Shown piece by piece: positions 23,200 through 38,847 of a stretch of 64,000 nt of DNA. The position numbers and the translations under genes are program-made. Position 1 is the stretch's first letter. Every line of letters begins with the position of its first letter. The notes beneath the pieces were generated by a model. That model had not been told where the DNA came from. It was given only the letters and a program-made list of their open reading frames with translations, and ran no database searches. Origin of the DNA: Eledone cirrhosa (lineage: Eukaryota); the NCBI GenBank assembly GCA_964016885.1, contig OZ024753.1, positions 47,120,001 through 47,184,000 on the forward strand, in the 5' to 3' direction.

Positions 23200-25393
23200 T
23201 ATATATATTTATTTTAAGAAACCTTAATGACAAATAATATAAAGTGTTTGTAAAGTGGGGAAGAGTAGTTTTACGGTGGGGTTGTTATATAGATATCGTT
23301 TTTGCAGTGGGGTCGTGACTGGCGTATAATAATGAGTCACTGTTGATGTATATACAAATCATGTTTTGGATATAAGTGAAGTTATTTAAGAGATTTAGTT
23401 GTTTTGTATACATTCATAACGGTACGCGATGGGACCCACCCACAGCCCCGGCGGACAGAATGGAGAAGGCGTTTCCCCGGAGCACGGCAAGGGAGACGCG
23501 CTGGAAAAGCCACTCCAACTCGCGGGGCTCACACCTGCGGCTGGCCAGCTCAGCGCCTATGGTGGTGAGTAAGGAGGTAGCCCTGGGGCCGAGGACACCA
23601 GAAGTCTCCACTTCCAGGGGTACGACCGCAAACCTGTCGGAGAGTGAACGATATGTGAGGAGTTTGGCCCCCTCAGCCTGACGTGCAGCAGAACCTGGGC
23701 CAGTCGCAGACTGCACCAGGTTGCGGCTGCAGAAAGTGTCGGTGCAAGTGGCATCCCAGACGAGGGGTTTGCCACCGCGGAACGGGAAGATGGTCATGCC
23801 ATCTAGCCTTTTGCCGTCCCCTCGAGCTGGGAAGGGAAGCCTGCAGCGTCCAAGCCATGCTTAATGACTTCGTTGAGGGCAGCATGGCGTGGATTGCGGG
23901 TGGAGGCCGAAAGAGTCCATGGTGGAACGGCAGCGACATTGGTGTGAGGCCGAGCCTCAGGGAAACGCCGATGCGCAAGCTATTGTTGTCTAGCTGCGTG
24001 CGAGTGGAGAAGGAGGGCAGGGCATGGAGCCAGGCCCCACTGTGGGGTTTGGAGGCTGCACGAAAACAAACAAGGCGGTGCTGGTCGAGCTGGCACGTGA
24101 GCCTGTCTGAGGCCAGGCTGCACTGGATGGCATCCCAAGTGTGTTGGGCGGGACTTGACGTCAACAGGGGGAGAAGGAGGAGGAACGTCTACTGGGCTAA
24201 GTCCCAGCCGGTGCCACGTCTCACAGGCGGCCAGGCGTTCTCTGAACACAGAGGGTTCTGTTGTGTTTTGAAGAACCCTGCTGAAGAGGACGTGGTACGA
24301 GGTTACCGACGAAAGATATGCCGGCAAAGCTAGTGAGATCGGGGACTGGAGGCGAAGGCCGCCATACCTGACAGGTAAAGTTGCATATCTCATCGGCTGC
24401 TGCTCGGATACAAGTTTAGGTGTAGCACAGAGTGTATAGAGGAGCTTCGGCATGGCGTAGCAGTTCCTCAGCAGAAAGAGAACTGGGTGGCCATCAATCA
24501 AGCCCAGTCGGCTCGTGAGAGTCTGGACTTGATGGAGGAGCGGATGGCCGGCGGGTGGATCGGTGAGGGCATCCTCTTTGGGGGGTCACCTGAACCTGGC
24601 GGAGAATGGACCGCACGTCCAAGACGGAGACTGCAAAGCTTGCAGCATCGAGGCTGACATTCACCACCTCCGACTTGGCTGAGTTGACCTGGAGGTCGAT
24701 TCCCGCCAGGGCAGGAACCACCGATTGAAGGTCATGGCAGACCGCCTGTACGGGCCCACCCAAAGTAGCATCATCCAGATACCAAACGTTGAGAGGGGCC
24801 GTTATACTCCAGGCGATGTGGTCAATACCAAGGGTGAACAGGAGGGGTCCCAAAGGGTTGCCCTGTTGGATCCCAGTAGCCAAGGGTATGACCGTATCAG
24901 CAGCATGGCGCATGCTTGGGGCTCCATATGACAGGTAGGCAGAGGGGGCTCGGCTGAGGCAGGCCTCGAGCAGATGATCCCAGCGTAAAGAGTTGAAGGC
25001 ATTCCTCATGTCAAACTTGACAATGAGGTGGCTGGAGGCCCTGGATGCCGGTTCCGAGTGTTACGGACTTGCAGATTACCTTGGCAGCCAGCCTCCGGAA
25101 GACATTGCCCACAGCAATGGGGCGTATGCCATCCTCTTTCTTCCTGAGAGCGGTGAGGCTGGCCGAAAAAAAGAGGCCTCGAGCATAAGAGTCCAGGGCG
25201 CCATGGATGAGCCTATTGGTGAGCGCCACAATTGCACTCAGAAGGCGGCGCCCGGCCTCAGCGGAGAGGGGAGATATCAACTCCTTGAGGAGGCCTGGTC
25301 AGAGACCATCAACATCTCCGCAGCTGCTAGCTGGGAAGGACCTGATGGCGGACATGATGTCTGCATCAGAAGCCACAAGGAGCAAGTGTGGAT
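23200..25393 (-). mobile_element. Decayed CRE-clade retrotransposon, unit 4
   Basis: As unit 3. Confidence 0.9.
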
Positions 25394-26248
25394 TACAATA
25401 CAAAACCTCTGAGAATGATTTCTAAGATATTTCACCATAATTAATTTTCATCAATATATATTAATATTATTATTGTTTATTAGGTCAGGTGGATTGGCCA
25501 GAACAATTCTACTCTTCTTTTTTAGATGTCACGATTTTTCATGGCATTCCTGAGATCATTAATCTCCAGCTGGAGATCCAGAGACATCTGATGTATGTAG
25601 GTGAACCTCAGTCATCCCACTTGGCTCTTACTATGTTTAGGTATCCACCACAGGAGCCAGCTCATCAGGTCATCCTACCCTCAGCAGCAATGTCCAGCAT
25701 CTATTGATTTCCGCTCCCTAGTTATTGTGGTAATCTTCGATATCTGGGAATATATTTCTTCTGCTTAAGGGAGTAATAAATATATAGTTTTAAAAAAAAC
25801 ATATATATACACACACATATATATATGTTGTCATTTATAAGAGTTCTCTATCAAAAGCCTTCTCTATGTCCAAAGCTAAGTATAGTGGCTTATTTTTCTC
25901 TAAGAACCTCTTTTGTAGTTGTCTCACTAAGAAGAGGGCATCTGTTGCACTTTTCAGCGGCACAAAACCAAACTGCATCTCATACACATACATACATATA
26001 CATACATACATACATACATATACACATACATACATACATCATCATCATCATCATCATCATCATTTCGTTTTAAGTCCGCTTTTTCCCTGCTTGTAAGGGT
26101 GGGACGGGAACTGATTCTGGCTTGATTTCTACAGCTGGATGCCCTTCCTAACACCAACCTCATTTACAGTGAGTGCTGAGTGCTTTTTTGCCGTGGCACC
26201 TCCACGACCACTTTGCAGTGGAATGATATGGACCCCAGTCCCTATCAT

Positions 26249-26391
26249 CTCATTTCTACAGCTGAGTAAACTGGAGCAATGTGAAATAAAGTGTCTTGCT
26301 CAAGGAAACAACACATCACCCGGTCTGAGAATTGAACTCACAACTTTTCGATTGCCAGGCCAATGCTCGAACCACTAAGCCATGTGCCTCC
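26249..26391 (-). mobile_element. CORE-type SINE, unit 4
   Basis: As 14457-14599. Confidence 0.85.
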
Positions 26392-26882
26392 ATATACATA
26401 TACATATACATATACATACACATACATATACATACATATATATATACATACATACATATATACACATACATACATACACATACATACACATATACATACA
26501 TATACATACATAGATATATATATATACATAATATAAATATACATACATACACATACATAAGCATATACACATAAGTATATATACATATACACACGTATAT
26601 ATACATATACATACATACATATATACACATACATACATATATACATACATACACACATATATACATATACACATACATACATATACATACATATACACAT
26701 ACATACATATATATATATACATACACACACATATATACATACACACACATATATACAAACACATACATATACACATATATACACATACATACACATACAT
26801 ATACATACATATACACATATACACTCATATATACATATACATACATACACACACATACATACATATATACATATACATACAT

Positions 26883-27431
26883 AAAGACAAATCCACCTCA
26901 TGGACGAGAATGCAAGGGCTCCTCCTCTTTGTTTCGGCCGCGGATGGCTAACCCTAACCCCATCCCCGCTCCCCACCGCTCCCAACCTCCAAACGCAATC
27001 CAAAACTTCAGAGTTGGTACCATTAATGTAGGCACCTTATAGGGTGGCTCTAACGAGGTTGTAGAAATGCTTGAACGTAAGGAGGTCGATGTTTGTTGTA
27101 TTCAAGAGACCAGGTGGAGGGGTGGGTCTGCTAGATTCATCGTGGGTAAAGAACGATGCTATAAGCTTTTCTGTGTGGCAAATGACAATGGGCTGGGTAT
27201 ACACATACCACCCCACCATCCCACCGCAAAGTGGTCGTGGAGGCGCCGCGGCAAAAAAGCACCCAGCCCACACTGTAAAGCTGACGTGGAGGTGCCACGG
27301 AAAAAAAAAAGCACCCAGCACTCACTGCAAACGGGGTTGGCGTCAGGAAGGGCACCCAGCTGTGGAAACCAATCCAGAATCAGCTCCCACCCCACCCTTG
27401 CAAGCATGGAAAAGCGGACGTATGATGAAGT

Positions 27432-27435
<4 letters not shown>
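26883..27435 (+). mobile_element. Internally deleted RTE, unit 4
   Basis: As 15055-15607. Confidence 0.85.
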
Positions 27436-27474
<39 letters not shown>

Positions 27475-28216
27475 TATATATATACACATATATATATACA
27501 CACATATATATCAGTGTACATATATATATACATATATATATATATATAAATGAATATTTATTCAATTTAAAGCGCCAATTATCTATATATAACAAGATAT
27601 GAATTTTTCTAGGGATGGGGGAAATTTTCAGTTTGTTTTTATATTTTCACTTCATTTTTTACTTTCTATTTAATACAGTCTTTGATCCAATATAATCCTG
27701 ACAGTATTTGAACCAGTTTACCTCATATATATGTATGCACACACAACACTCAAGTTTCGCCATCTACTGCTATTTCATTCATATTTATTGTTTAATTAAC
27801 TCTGGTCTAATTCATCAACTATTGTTAATTATATTATTACGTAGATTTCTTATAAAATCTAGTGCATATATACGTGTATATATACAGGGAGACACTGTAA
27901 TAGATGTAAAGAGAGTGGGAGATAGAGTTATAGAAGTAAAGAGAGGGGGAGAAATAAGCGGTAGATAGAGTAATAGATGTAAAGAGAGGGTTAGAACGTT
28001 CAACTTGACAGTCAGTACAATGTTCAGCATGGTAGCCAGTACATATGCCAACTACCCAACCGGCCAGCCAGCCGCATATGCGGTTGACTGGCCAGTTGGG
28101 CGGTTGGTATGTGGAACGTTCAACTACACAGTCAGTACCAAAGTTCAACATTGTAGCCAGTGCATATGCCGATCGCCGCGCCCTCTTTGCTCTATTTTAA
28201 TGACCTGGAACTAAGT

Positions 28217-28329
28217 AAAAAGAGTAGGAGATAACTCGACAAGAGCGGAGAGGGTGAGATTCGAACCATGTAAAGTCGTTGGCTCCTGAAGTTCGTAAGC
28301 GGGGCTGTTACTGACTGAGCAGCGCCGGC
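28217..28329 (-). ncRNA. Candidate Pol III tRNA-like RNA gene, unit 5
   Basis: As 769-881. Confidence 0.55.
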
Positions 28330-29110
28330 AGCAAGGCAAATCGCGCATAAAATAACGCTTATATCGACAAAAAAAAAAAAAAAATTTCAATGTTGCACTC
28401 TTGTTTGTTGTTCTTTTATTTTACGTAAACATTTCGCTGCTCTAGCCTCTTATTTCCTATTAGATTACACTTAATTCCATTAAACATTCATTCTTAGTCT
28501 CGTGGTAAACTATTTCATCTATATTTATATCGCTGTTACAGCCTTTTATTTCTACATCTATCACCTATAGCCACTGTTACGCCGGTAGTATAAGTAGCTT
28601 TATAACAAGAAACGATGATATAACTCCACAAAATGTCTTCTTGAGCAAGACACTTCACTTCATATTGCTCCAGTACACCGAGTTACACATAGACAGATAC
28701 ATACATACATACACAGATAGAAATGAGAGGTAGATAGAGTAAAAGATTTAAAGAGAGTGTGAGAAGTACGAGTTAGATAGTGTAAAAGATTTAAAGAGAG
28801 GGTGAGAGTGTGACACACATTTATCTGTCTATCTCTCTCTATTTTAACACCGGTCGTTATAATTAGTTTTATAACACCGCTATATTACCGACATGAAAGA
28901 GGTAAATAATTATTTCTTAAATGTTTAGAACATGTTTCTCTTGTCTTCTTAAATGTATAGAACATGTTTCTTATTTATATTCTTAACATAGCTAGGACCT
29001 TATCTCATTTACTGGTCTCTACTTTTAGGGCTTTGCTGGTCCCATGTGCCCTCCATGAAGACACACTCGCCCCTTCTCTCTCAGTCTCCGTACTAATTAC
29101 TACACATACG

Positions 29111-31304
29111 TATATATATTTATTTTAAGAAACCTTAATGACAAATAATATAAAGTGTTTGTAAAGTGGGGAAGAGTAGTTTTACGGTGGGGTTGTTATA
29201 TAGATATCGTTTTTGCAGTGGGGTCGTGACTGGCGTATAATAATGAGTCACTGTTGATGTATATACAAATCATGTTTTGGATATAAGTGAAGTTATTTAA
29301 GAGATTTAGTTGTTTTGTATACATTCATAACGGTACGCGATGGGACCCACCCACAGCCCCGGCGGACAGAATGGAGAAGGCGTTTCCCCGGAGCACGGCA
29401 AGGGAGACGCGCTGGAAAAGCCACTCCAACTCGCGGGGCTCACACCTGCGGCTGGCCAGCTCAGCGCCTATGGTGGTGAGTAAGGAGGTAGCCCTGGGGC
29501 CGAGGACACCAGAAGTCTCCACTTCCAGGGGTACGACCGCAAACCTGTCGGAGAGTGAACGATATGTGAGGAGTTTGGCCCCCTCAGCCTGACGTGCAGC
29601 AGAACCTGGGCCAGTCGCAGACTGCACCAGGTTGCGGCTGCAGAAAGTGTCGGTGCAAGTGGCATCCCAGACGAGGGGTTTGCCACCGCGGAACGGGAAG
29701 ATGGTCATGCCATCTAGCCTTTTGCCGTCCCCTCGAGCTGGGAAGGGAAGCCTGCAGCGTCCAAGCCATGCTTAATGACTTCGTTGAGGGCAGCATGGCG
29801 TGGATTGCGGGTGGAGGCCGAAAGAGTCCATGGTGGAACGGCAGCGACATTGGTGTGAGGCCGAGCCTCAGGGAAACGCCGATGCGCAAGCTATTGTTGT
29901 CTAGCTGCGTGCGAGTGGAGAAGGAGGGCAGGGCATGGAGCCAGGCCCCACTGTGGGGTTTGGAGGCTGCACGAAAACAAACAAGGCGGTGCTGGTCGAG
30001 CTGGCACGTGAGCCTGTCTGAGGCCAGGCTGCACTGGATGGCATCCCAAGTGTGTTGGGGGGGACTTGACGTCAACAGGGGGAGAAGGAGGAGGAACGTC
30101 TACTGGGCTAAGTCCCAGCCGGTGCCACGTCTCACAGGCGGCCACGCGTTCTCTGAACACAGAGGGTTCTGTTGTGTTTTGAAGAACCCTGCTGAAGAGG
30201 ACGTGGTACGAGGTTACCGACGAAAGATATGCCGGCAAAGCTAGTGAGATCGGGGACTGGAGGCGAAGGCCGCCATACCTGACAGGTAAAGTTGCATATC
30301 TCATCGGCTGCTGCTCGGATACAAGTTTAGGTGTAGCACAGAGTGTATAGAGGAGCTTCGGCATGGCGTAGCAGTTCCTCAGCAGAAAGAGAACTGGGTG
30401 GCCATCAATCAAGCCCAGTCGGCTCGTGAGAGTCTGGACTTGATGGAGGAGCGGATGGCCGGCGGGTGGATCGGTGAGGGCATCCTCTTTGGGGGGTCAC
30501 CTGAACCTGGCGGAGAATGGACCGCACGTCCAAGACGGAGACTGCAAAGCTTGCAGCATCGAGGCTGACATTCACCACCTCCGACTTGGCTGAGTTGACC
30601 TGGAGGTCGATTCCCGCCAGGGCAGGAACCACCGATTGAAGGTCATGGCAGACCGCCTGTACGGGCCCACCCAAAGTAGCATCATCCAGATACCAAACGT
30701 TGAGAGGGGCCGTTATACTCCAGGCGATGTGGTCAATACCAAGGGTGAACAGGAGGGGTCCCAAAGGGTTGCCCTGTTGGATCCCAGTAGCCAAGGGTAT
30801 GACCGTATCAGCAGCATGGCGCATGCTTGGGGCTCCATATGACAGGTAGGCAGAGGGGGCTCGGCTGAGGCAGGCCTCGAGCAGATGATCCCAGCGTAAA
30901 GAGTTGAAGGCATTCCTCATGTCAAACTTGACAATGAGGTGGCTGGAGGCCCTGGATGCCGGTTCCGAGTGTTACGGACTTGCAGATTACCTTGGCAGCC
31001 AGCCTCCGGAAGACATTGCCCACAGCAATGGGGCGTATGCCATCCTCTTTCTTCCTGAGAGCGGTGAGGCTGGCCGAAAAAAAGAGGCCTCGAGCATAAG
31101 AGTCCAGGGCGCCATGGATGAGCCTATTGGTGAGCGCCACAATTGCACTCAGAAGGCGGCGCCCGGCCTCAGCGGAGAGGGGAGATATCAACTCCTTGAG
31201 GAGGCCTGGTCAGAGACCATCAACATCTCCGCAGCTGCTAGCTGGGAAGGACCTGATGGCGGACATGATGTCTGCATCAGAAGCCACAAGGAGCAAGTGT
31301 GGAT
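29111..31304 (-). mobile_element. Decayed CRE-clade retrotransposon, unit 5
   Basis: As unit 3. Confidence 0.9.
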
Positions 31305-32235
31305 TACAATACAAAACCTCTGAGAATGATTTCTAAGATATTTCACCATAATTAATTTTCATCAATATATATTAATATTATTATTGTTTATTAGGTCAGG
31401 TGGATTGGCCAGAACAATTCTACTCTTCTTTTTTAGATGTCACGATTTTTCATGGCATTCCTGAGATCATTAATCTCCAGCTGGAGATCCAGAGACATCT
31501 GATGTATGTAGGTGAACCTCAGTCATCCCACTTGGCTCTTACTATGTTTAGGTATCCACCACAGGAGCCAGCTCATCAGGTCATCCTACCCTCAGCAGCA
31601 ATGTCCAGCATCTATTGATTTCCGCTCCCTAGTTATTGTGGTAATCTTCGATATCTGGGAATATATTTCTTCTGCTTAAGGGAGTAATAAATATATAGTT
31701 TTAAAAAAAACATATATATACACACACATATATATATGTTGTCATTTATAAGAGTTCTCTATCAAAAGCCTTCTCTATGTCCAAAGCTAAGTATAGTGGC
31801 TTATTTTTCTCTAAGAACCTCTTTTGTAGTTGTCTCACTAAGAAGAGGGCATCTGTTGCACTTTTCAGCGGCTTAATTAATTAATGAGGTTTAATTAATG
31901 AGGAATTTTGAGGTATTTATAACAATTATTAATTATTTCATTACTGAGATATCATTTGAAGGACTTACTAATGTTTTTATTTATTAATTATTTTATTAGT
32001 AACTTAACATGTGGTTCTTGTATAAAATTATGTTGGAAGATTTTAGGAAGATGCTATGTAGCCGGTCGCGGTAAAATAGACGCCCAGGCTATGTAGCCGG
32101 TAAGAGTGTCAGACTCCATGTGTTGCGGCCCTTTATGGTCTGAGTTAAGACAATTTAAAATCTTTTCCACCATCAATTGTTAAAAAACAAGTTAAAATCA
32201 TTTTGTCGTCCATTTGTAACGTACGTTACACTTTA

Positions 32236-32981
32236 GTTACATACACATATACTATGTTACATACACACATCTACTGTGTTACATACACACACATCAACTG
32301 GGTTATATACACACACATCTACTGCGTTACATACACATCTACTGTGTTACACACACATCTACTGTGTTACATACACACACATCTACTGAGTTACATACAC
32401 ACACATCTACTGTGTTACATACACACACATCTTCTGTGTTACATACACACATCTACTATGTTACATACACACATCTACTGTGTTACATACACACACCTGT
32501 GTTACATACACACACATCTACTGAGTTACATACACACAGATCTACTGTGTTACATACACACACATCTACTGTGTTACACACATCTTCTATGTTACATACA
32601 CACAATCTACTGTGTTACATACACACATCTACTGAGTTACATACACACACATCTACTGAGTTACATACACACACATGTACTGTGTTACATACACACATCT
32701 ACTGTGTTACATACATACACATCTACTGTGTTACATACATACACATCTACTGTTACATACACACATCTACCGTGTTACACACACACATCTACCGTGTTAC
32801 ACACACACATCTACCGTGTTACACACACACATCTACCGTGTTACACACACACATCTACTGAGTTACATACACATATACTGAGTTACATGCAAACACACAT
32901 CTACTCTGTTACATATACACATCTACTGTGTTACATACACATCTACTGTGATACACACACACACATCTACTCATACATATT
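32236..32981 (+). repeat. Minisatellite, second copy (about one repeat longer)
   Basis: As 4787-5510. Confidence 0.95.
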
Positions 32982-33761
32982 CATAAATAGACACACATTA
33001 TACAAATAATTATTACATACACACACATCTCTGTAATAATTCAGGAAGGAAGGGGCTGGTGAAACGCTATAGCAATGTGTGTGTGTTGTGTACCTTTCAG
33101 GTTTACCGGTTTCGTAGCCTATTTGAAGATTTTATTATAATTATGAACCTTATAATTCAATTAATTATGAATAATTTTGAGCTATTTATCACAATTGTTA
33201 GTTAATTACTAACATAGTAACTTACCATATGGTTGTTATATAGAATTTTGTTGGAAGACTTTAATTTAGATAGGAACCATTTCCATAGTACGAGAACTAA
33301 TTTTGGCTGGGTTTCTACCAAAAGGGTTAATGAAGAATTTTGAACAATTTACTAAAATTATTAATTATTTCATTACTAAGATAATGTGTGAATACACAAT
33401 TATATGTGTGTATATATATATAAACAGTATATATATATATAGTATATATATATATAAACAGTATATATATAGTATACAAAAGATGTAGTGGGATAGTGTG
33501 TAGTCTTAAGACAAGTCTGTCCAGATAGCTGCGCTGTAACTTACACTTATTGGGACTGTGTGTTGGCAAGCAGGCCTGTATTTTGGGATCTAGCTGGTCC
33601 ATTATGAGGGAGGTCTGGTTAGTTGGCAGCACCATGCCTTACTTGTGGTATATGTATGTATAGAAATAAGTTATTGTATATGCATAACTGTCCATCTATA
33701 TGTATACATGTATGTTTACTTATATCTTTGCATACATATATACATTTTCAGATGTATACAC

Positions 33762-35691
33762 GTAATGGTCACCCGGATAGTAAACCAAGTCATACAGAAT
33801 GGGGTTGTTCTGAAGGACTGGCGTAGCAGCATCATCATTAACTGTTACAAGGGTAAAGGAGATGCCCTAGATAGGAGTAACTATAGAGGCATTAAATTAA
33901 TCGACCAGGTCATGAAGGTCACGGAAAAAGTAATAGCGCAACTAATCAGAGAGAGCATTGATCTAGATGAAATGCAGTTCGGGTTTGTGTCAGGTAAAAG
34001 TACCACAGACGCTCTTTTCATTGTACGACAACTACAGGAGAAGTACCTAGTTAAAAGTAAACCCCTATACTTAGCTTTTGTTGACTTGGAGAAAGCCTTC
34101 GACAGAGTCCCCCGTTCCATTATCTGGTGGGCTCTTAGAAAACTAGGTGTTGAGGAATGGCTTGTGAGAGCTATACGAGCCATGTATAAAGAAACAGTCA
34201 GCAAGGTTAGAATTAACAACGAATATAGTGAAGAGTTTAGCGTAAAAGTTGGTGTTCATCAGGGCTCCGTCCTTAGCCCCCTACTATTTATTATTGCCCT
34301 TCAGGCTATAACAGTGGAGTTCAAGACCGGCTGCCCATGGGAACTCCTATACGCAGATGATCTAACGCTCATAGCTGAATCAATGGCCGAGCTAGAGAAG
34401 AAATTCCAAACATGGAAGCAAGGCCTAGAATCAGAAGGCCTTAAAATTAACCTGGCTAAGACTAAAGTTCTAGTTTGTAGGAAAGAAAATAAGGCGCCGG
34501 TCCCTTCCGGGAAATGGCCATGCTCAGTGTGTAGGAAAGGCGTAGGTAGAAACTCCATTTTATGTCCCAAATGCAAAGTATGGGTTCATAAAAGATGTAG
34601 TGGGATCACAGGTAAGCTAACTAAGAACATAGATTTTACATGTGGCCGGTGCTCTGGTGCAATAAGTAGCAGCAAGTGCCCACAAAATACTAGCTCTTTC
34701 AATTGCGCAGAGGGTTCTATAGAAATAGTGGACAGCTTCCGTTACCTGGGTGACAAAATCAGCAGTGGGGGAGGGTGCTCTGAAAGTACAGTAACTAGAG
34801 TCAGAACTGGATGGAAAAAGTTCAGAGAGCTTATACCACTATTAGCCGCTAAAGGGTTCTCCCTAAAAATGAAAGGCAGGTTGTATGATGCCTGCATATG
34901 AACAGCAATGTTGCATGGCAGTGAGACCTGGGCATTGTGTGCAGAGGATATACGCAGACTAGAGAGGAACGAAGCTTGCATGCTTCGCTGGATGTGTAAT
35001 AGTAATATATGTGAACGGCAAAGCATAAACGAACTAAGGGAAAAATTAGAAATAAGAGGGATCAGATGTTGTGTACTCGAGAGAAGACTACGTTGGTATG
35101 GTCCACGTGATGCGGATGAAAGACGACAGCTGTATAAAAAAAATGCAGGGCAATAAAGATAGACGGTAGCCACGGAGTAGGCAGACCCAGAAAAACCTGG
35201 GACGACTTGATAAATTCCGACCTCACACACTTACACCTCTCCAAGACAATGTCACTGGACCGAGATCTTTGGCGGTACTCAGTAATAGAGAAGACCCGCC
35301 TTACCTAGATACAAAGTAAAACCTACTACAGTCAGTAGGCACCTCTAACAAAATACACCCCCACCCCATCCACACCGCCCCTTTCAATGTAAAGTTATGT
35401 TGGTGCCACAACATCCAGGCCGAAACAAATGAGGTCGTGTAGGTGTCACGACAAAAAAAAAAAACACAGTCCACGCAGTAATGTGGCCGTGTAGGTAACA
35501 CGGTAAAAACCTCCCAGTCCCACACTGTAAATGCGGTTGGTGTTAGGAAGGGCATCCAGCTGTAGAAAACCCGCCAGACAGTCCTATGCGAGCAAGACAA
35601 CCACTCTTGCCTCAAGTGGGAAAATTCCCGTCCAAACCCATGCAAGCGTGGAATATGGACGTTAAACGATGATGATGATGATGATGATGAT
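33762..35691 (+). mobile_element. 5'-truncated RTE-clade LINE, second copy
   Basis: As 6291-8218; shares the first premature stop but has AGA where copy 1 has a second TGA. Confidence 0.95.
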
Positions 35692-35716
35692 ATATATATA
35701 TATATATATATATATA

Positions 35717-36841
35717 TTCCTTTGACATTTCTTAGAAAAAAAATGAAAAAGTTTTGTGAGAACCCCAATGTTTATTTATTTTATTTTATTTTTAAATAAA
35801 ATTAATAACATTAATTTTATTTTGAAATTAGGTTTATAAATATTAATTATCAGCAGACCGTTGTAGCAGTCTTGGCGGCTTAGTGGGAAGTACCAGAGAT
35901 GGTGAGGTCCTTGTCTGTAGGTTCAATCCTGGTCTGGGAGTTCAATCATTGCTGTAATGTGTCCTGTTAATCTTTTTTTAAATTTTCCTCAGAAAAAACT
36001 GAAAATCTTTGGTGAGAACCCCAATGTCTATTTATCTAATATAATTTAATTTATTTTATTTTATTTTACTTTAGTTAAATTGTCAAAACCACTGGTGATC
36101 TAAAGTTAGAGGAGACAGATAAAATAGACATATTGTCTCCTCAACCTTTAGATCTTCAGTGTTTTCGACAATTTAACTAAAATAAAAAATTAAATTCAAT
36201 ATAATTAAATAAATAGGGGTTCTCTTTTTCAAAGAGATATAGAAAGAAAATTATAAAAGATTAACATGACACCTTACATGTATCTCATGGACCAGGATTG
36301 AACCTGAGTCCCCAATTCAACCCTCAGACCAGGATTGAACACCCAGAACAGGATCTCACCATCTCTGGTACTTCCCACTAAGCTACCGAGACTGATACAA
36401 AGATGTACTGAAATTTAATATTTATAAACCTACTTTCAAAATAAAATTAAAAATAAAATATATATATATATATATTCCTTTGACATTTCTTAGAAAAAAG
36501 AACTGAAAAAGTTTTGTGAGAACGCCAATGTCTATTTATTTTATTTTATTTTTAATTAAATTAGTTATATTTTAAAAGTAGGTTTATAAATATTAATTTT
36601 CAATAGACCTTTGTAGCAGTCTTGGTGGCTTAGTGGGAAGTACCAGAGATGGTGAGATCCTTGTCTGTAAGTTCAATTCTTGCTTGGAGACATGTCTAAT
36701 GTGTCCTATTAATCTTTTTTTAATTTTCCTTTTACATCTCTTAGAAATAACTGAAAATCTTTGGTGAGAACCCCAATGTCTATTTATCTAATATAATTAA
36801 TTTAATTTAATTTAATTTAATTTTTATTTTAGTGAAACCAC
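35717..36841. repeat. Foldback tRNA-like repeats, second copy
   Basis: As 8250-9374. Confidence 0.85.
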
Positions 36842-37282
36842 TGTTGTATTCAAGAGACCAGGTGGAGGGGTGGGTCTGCTAGATTCATCGTGGGTAAAGA
36901 ACGGTGCTATGAACTTTTCTGGGTGGGAAATGACAATGGGCTGGGTATACACATACCACCCCACCACCCCACCGTAAAGTGGTCGTGGAGGCGCCACGGC
37001 AAAAAAGCACCCAGCCCGCTCTGTAAAGCTGACGTGGAGGTGCCACGGAAAAAAAAAAAGCACCCAGCACTCACTGCAAACTGGGTTGGCGTCAGGAAGG
37101 GCACCCAGCTGTAGAAACCAATCCAGAATCAGCTCCCACCCCACCCTTGCAAGCATGGAAAAGCGGACGTATGATGAAGTTGATATATATATATATATAT
37201 TAGTATATATATACACATACATATGTACACATATACACATACATATATATATATATATACACACACATATATATCAGTGTAC

Positions 37283-37317
<35 letters not shown>

Positions 37318-37962
37318 AATGAATATTTATTCAATTTAAAGCGCCAATTATCTATATATAACAAGATATGAATTTTTCTAGGGATGGGGAAATTTTCAGT
37401 TTGTTTTTATATTTTCACTTCATTTTTTACTTTCTATTTAATACAGTCTTTGATCCAATATAATCCTGACAGTATTTGAACCAGTTTACCTCATATATAT
37501 GTATGCACACACAACACTCAAGTTTCGCCATCTACTGCTATTTCATTCATATTTATTGTTTAATTAACTCTGGTCTAATTCATCAACTATTGTTAATTAT
37601 ATTATTACGTAGATTTCTTATAAAATCTAGTGCATATATACGTGTATATATACAGGGAGACACTGTGTAATAGATGTAAAGAGAGTGGGAGATAGAGTTA
37701 TAGAAGTAAAGAGAGGGAGAGAAATAAGCGGTAGATAGAGCAATAGATGTAAAGAGAGGGTTAGAACGTTCAACTTGACAGTCAGTACATATGCCAACTA
37801 CCCAACCGGCCAGCCAGCCGTATTTGCGGTTGACTGGCCAGTTGGGCGGTTGGTATGTGGAACGTTCAACTATGCAGTCAGTACCAAAGTTCAACATTGT
37901 AGCCAGTGCATATGCCGATCGCCGCGACCTCTTTGCTCTATTTAAATGACCTGGAACTAAGT

Positions 37963-38075
37963 AAAAAGAGTAGGAGATAACTCGACAAGAGCGGAGAGGG
38001 TGAGATTCGAACCATGTAAAGTCGTTGGCTCCTGAACTTCGTAAGCGGGGCTGCTACTGACTGATCAACGCCGGC
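37963..38075 (-). ncRNA. Candidate Pol III tRNA-like RNA gene, unit 6 (B variant)
   Basis: As 10502-10614. Confidence 0.55.
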
Positions 38076-38847
38076 AGCAAGGCAAATCGCGCATAAAATA
38101 ACGCTTATATCGAGAAAATAAAACAAAAATTTCAATGTTGCACTCTTGTTTGTTGTTCTTTTATTTTACATAAACATTTCGCTGCTCTAGCCTCTTATTT
38201 CCTATTAGATTACACTTAATTCCATTAAACATTCATTCTTAGTCTCGTGGTAAACTATTTCATCTATATTTATATCGCTGTTACAGCCTTTTATTTCTAC
38301 ATCTATCACCTATAGCCACTGTTACGCCGGTAGTATAAGTAGCTTTATAACAAGAAACGATGATATAACTCCACAAAATGTCTTCTTGAGCAAGACACTT
38401 CACCTCATATTGCTCCAGTACACTGAGTTACACATAGACAGATACATACATACACATAGAAATGTACACAGATAGAAATAAGAGGGAGATAGAGTAAAAG
38501 ATGTACGAGTTAGATAGTGTAAAAGATTTAAAGAGAGGGTGAGAGTATGACACACATTTATCTGTCTATCTCTCTCTATTTTAACACCGGTCGTTATAAT
38601 TAGTTTTATAACACCGCTATATTACCGACATGAAAGAGGTAAATAATTATTTCTTAAATGTTTAGAACATGTTTCTCTTGTCTTCTTAAATGTATAGAAC
38701 ATGTTTCTTATTTATATTCTTAACATAGCTAGGACCTTATCTCATTTACTGGTCTCTACTTTTAGGGCTTTGCTGGTCCCATGTGCCCTCCATGAAGACA
38801 CACTCGCCCCTTCTCTCTCAGTCTCCGTACTAATTACTACACATACG

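Larger units (their letters stand above)
31873..36841. other. Second copy of the long-unit cassette
   Basis: Same junctions and content as 4424-9374. Confidence 0.92.
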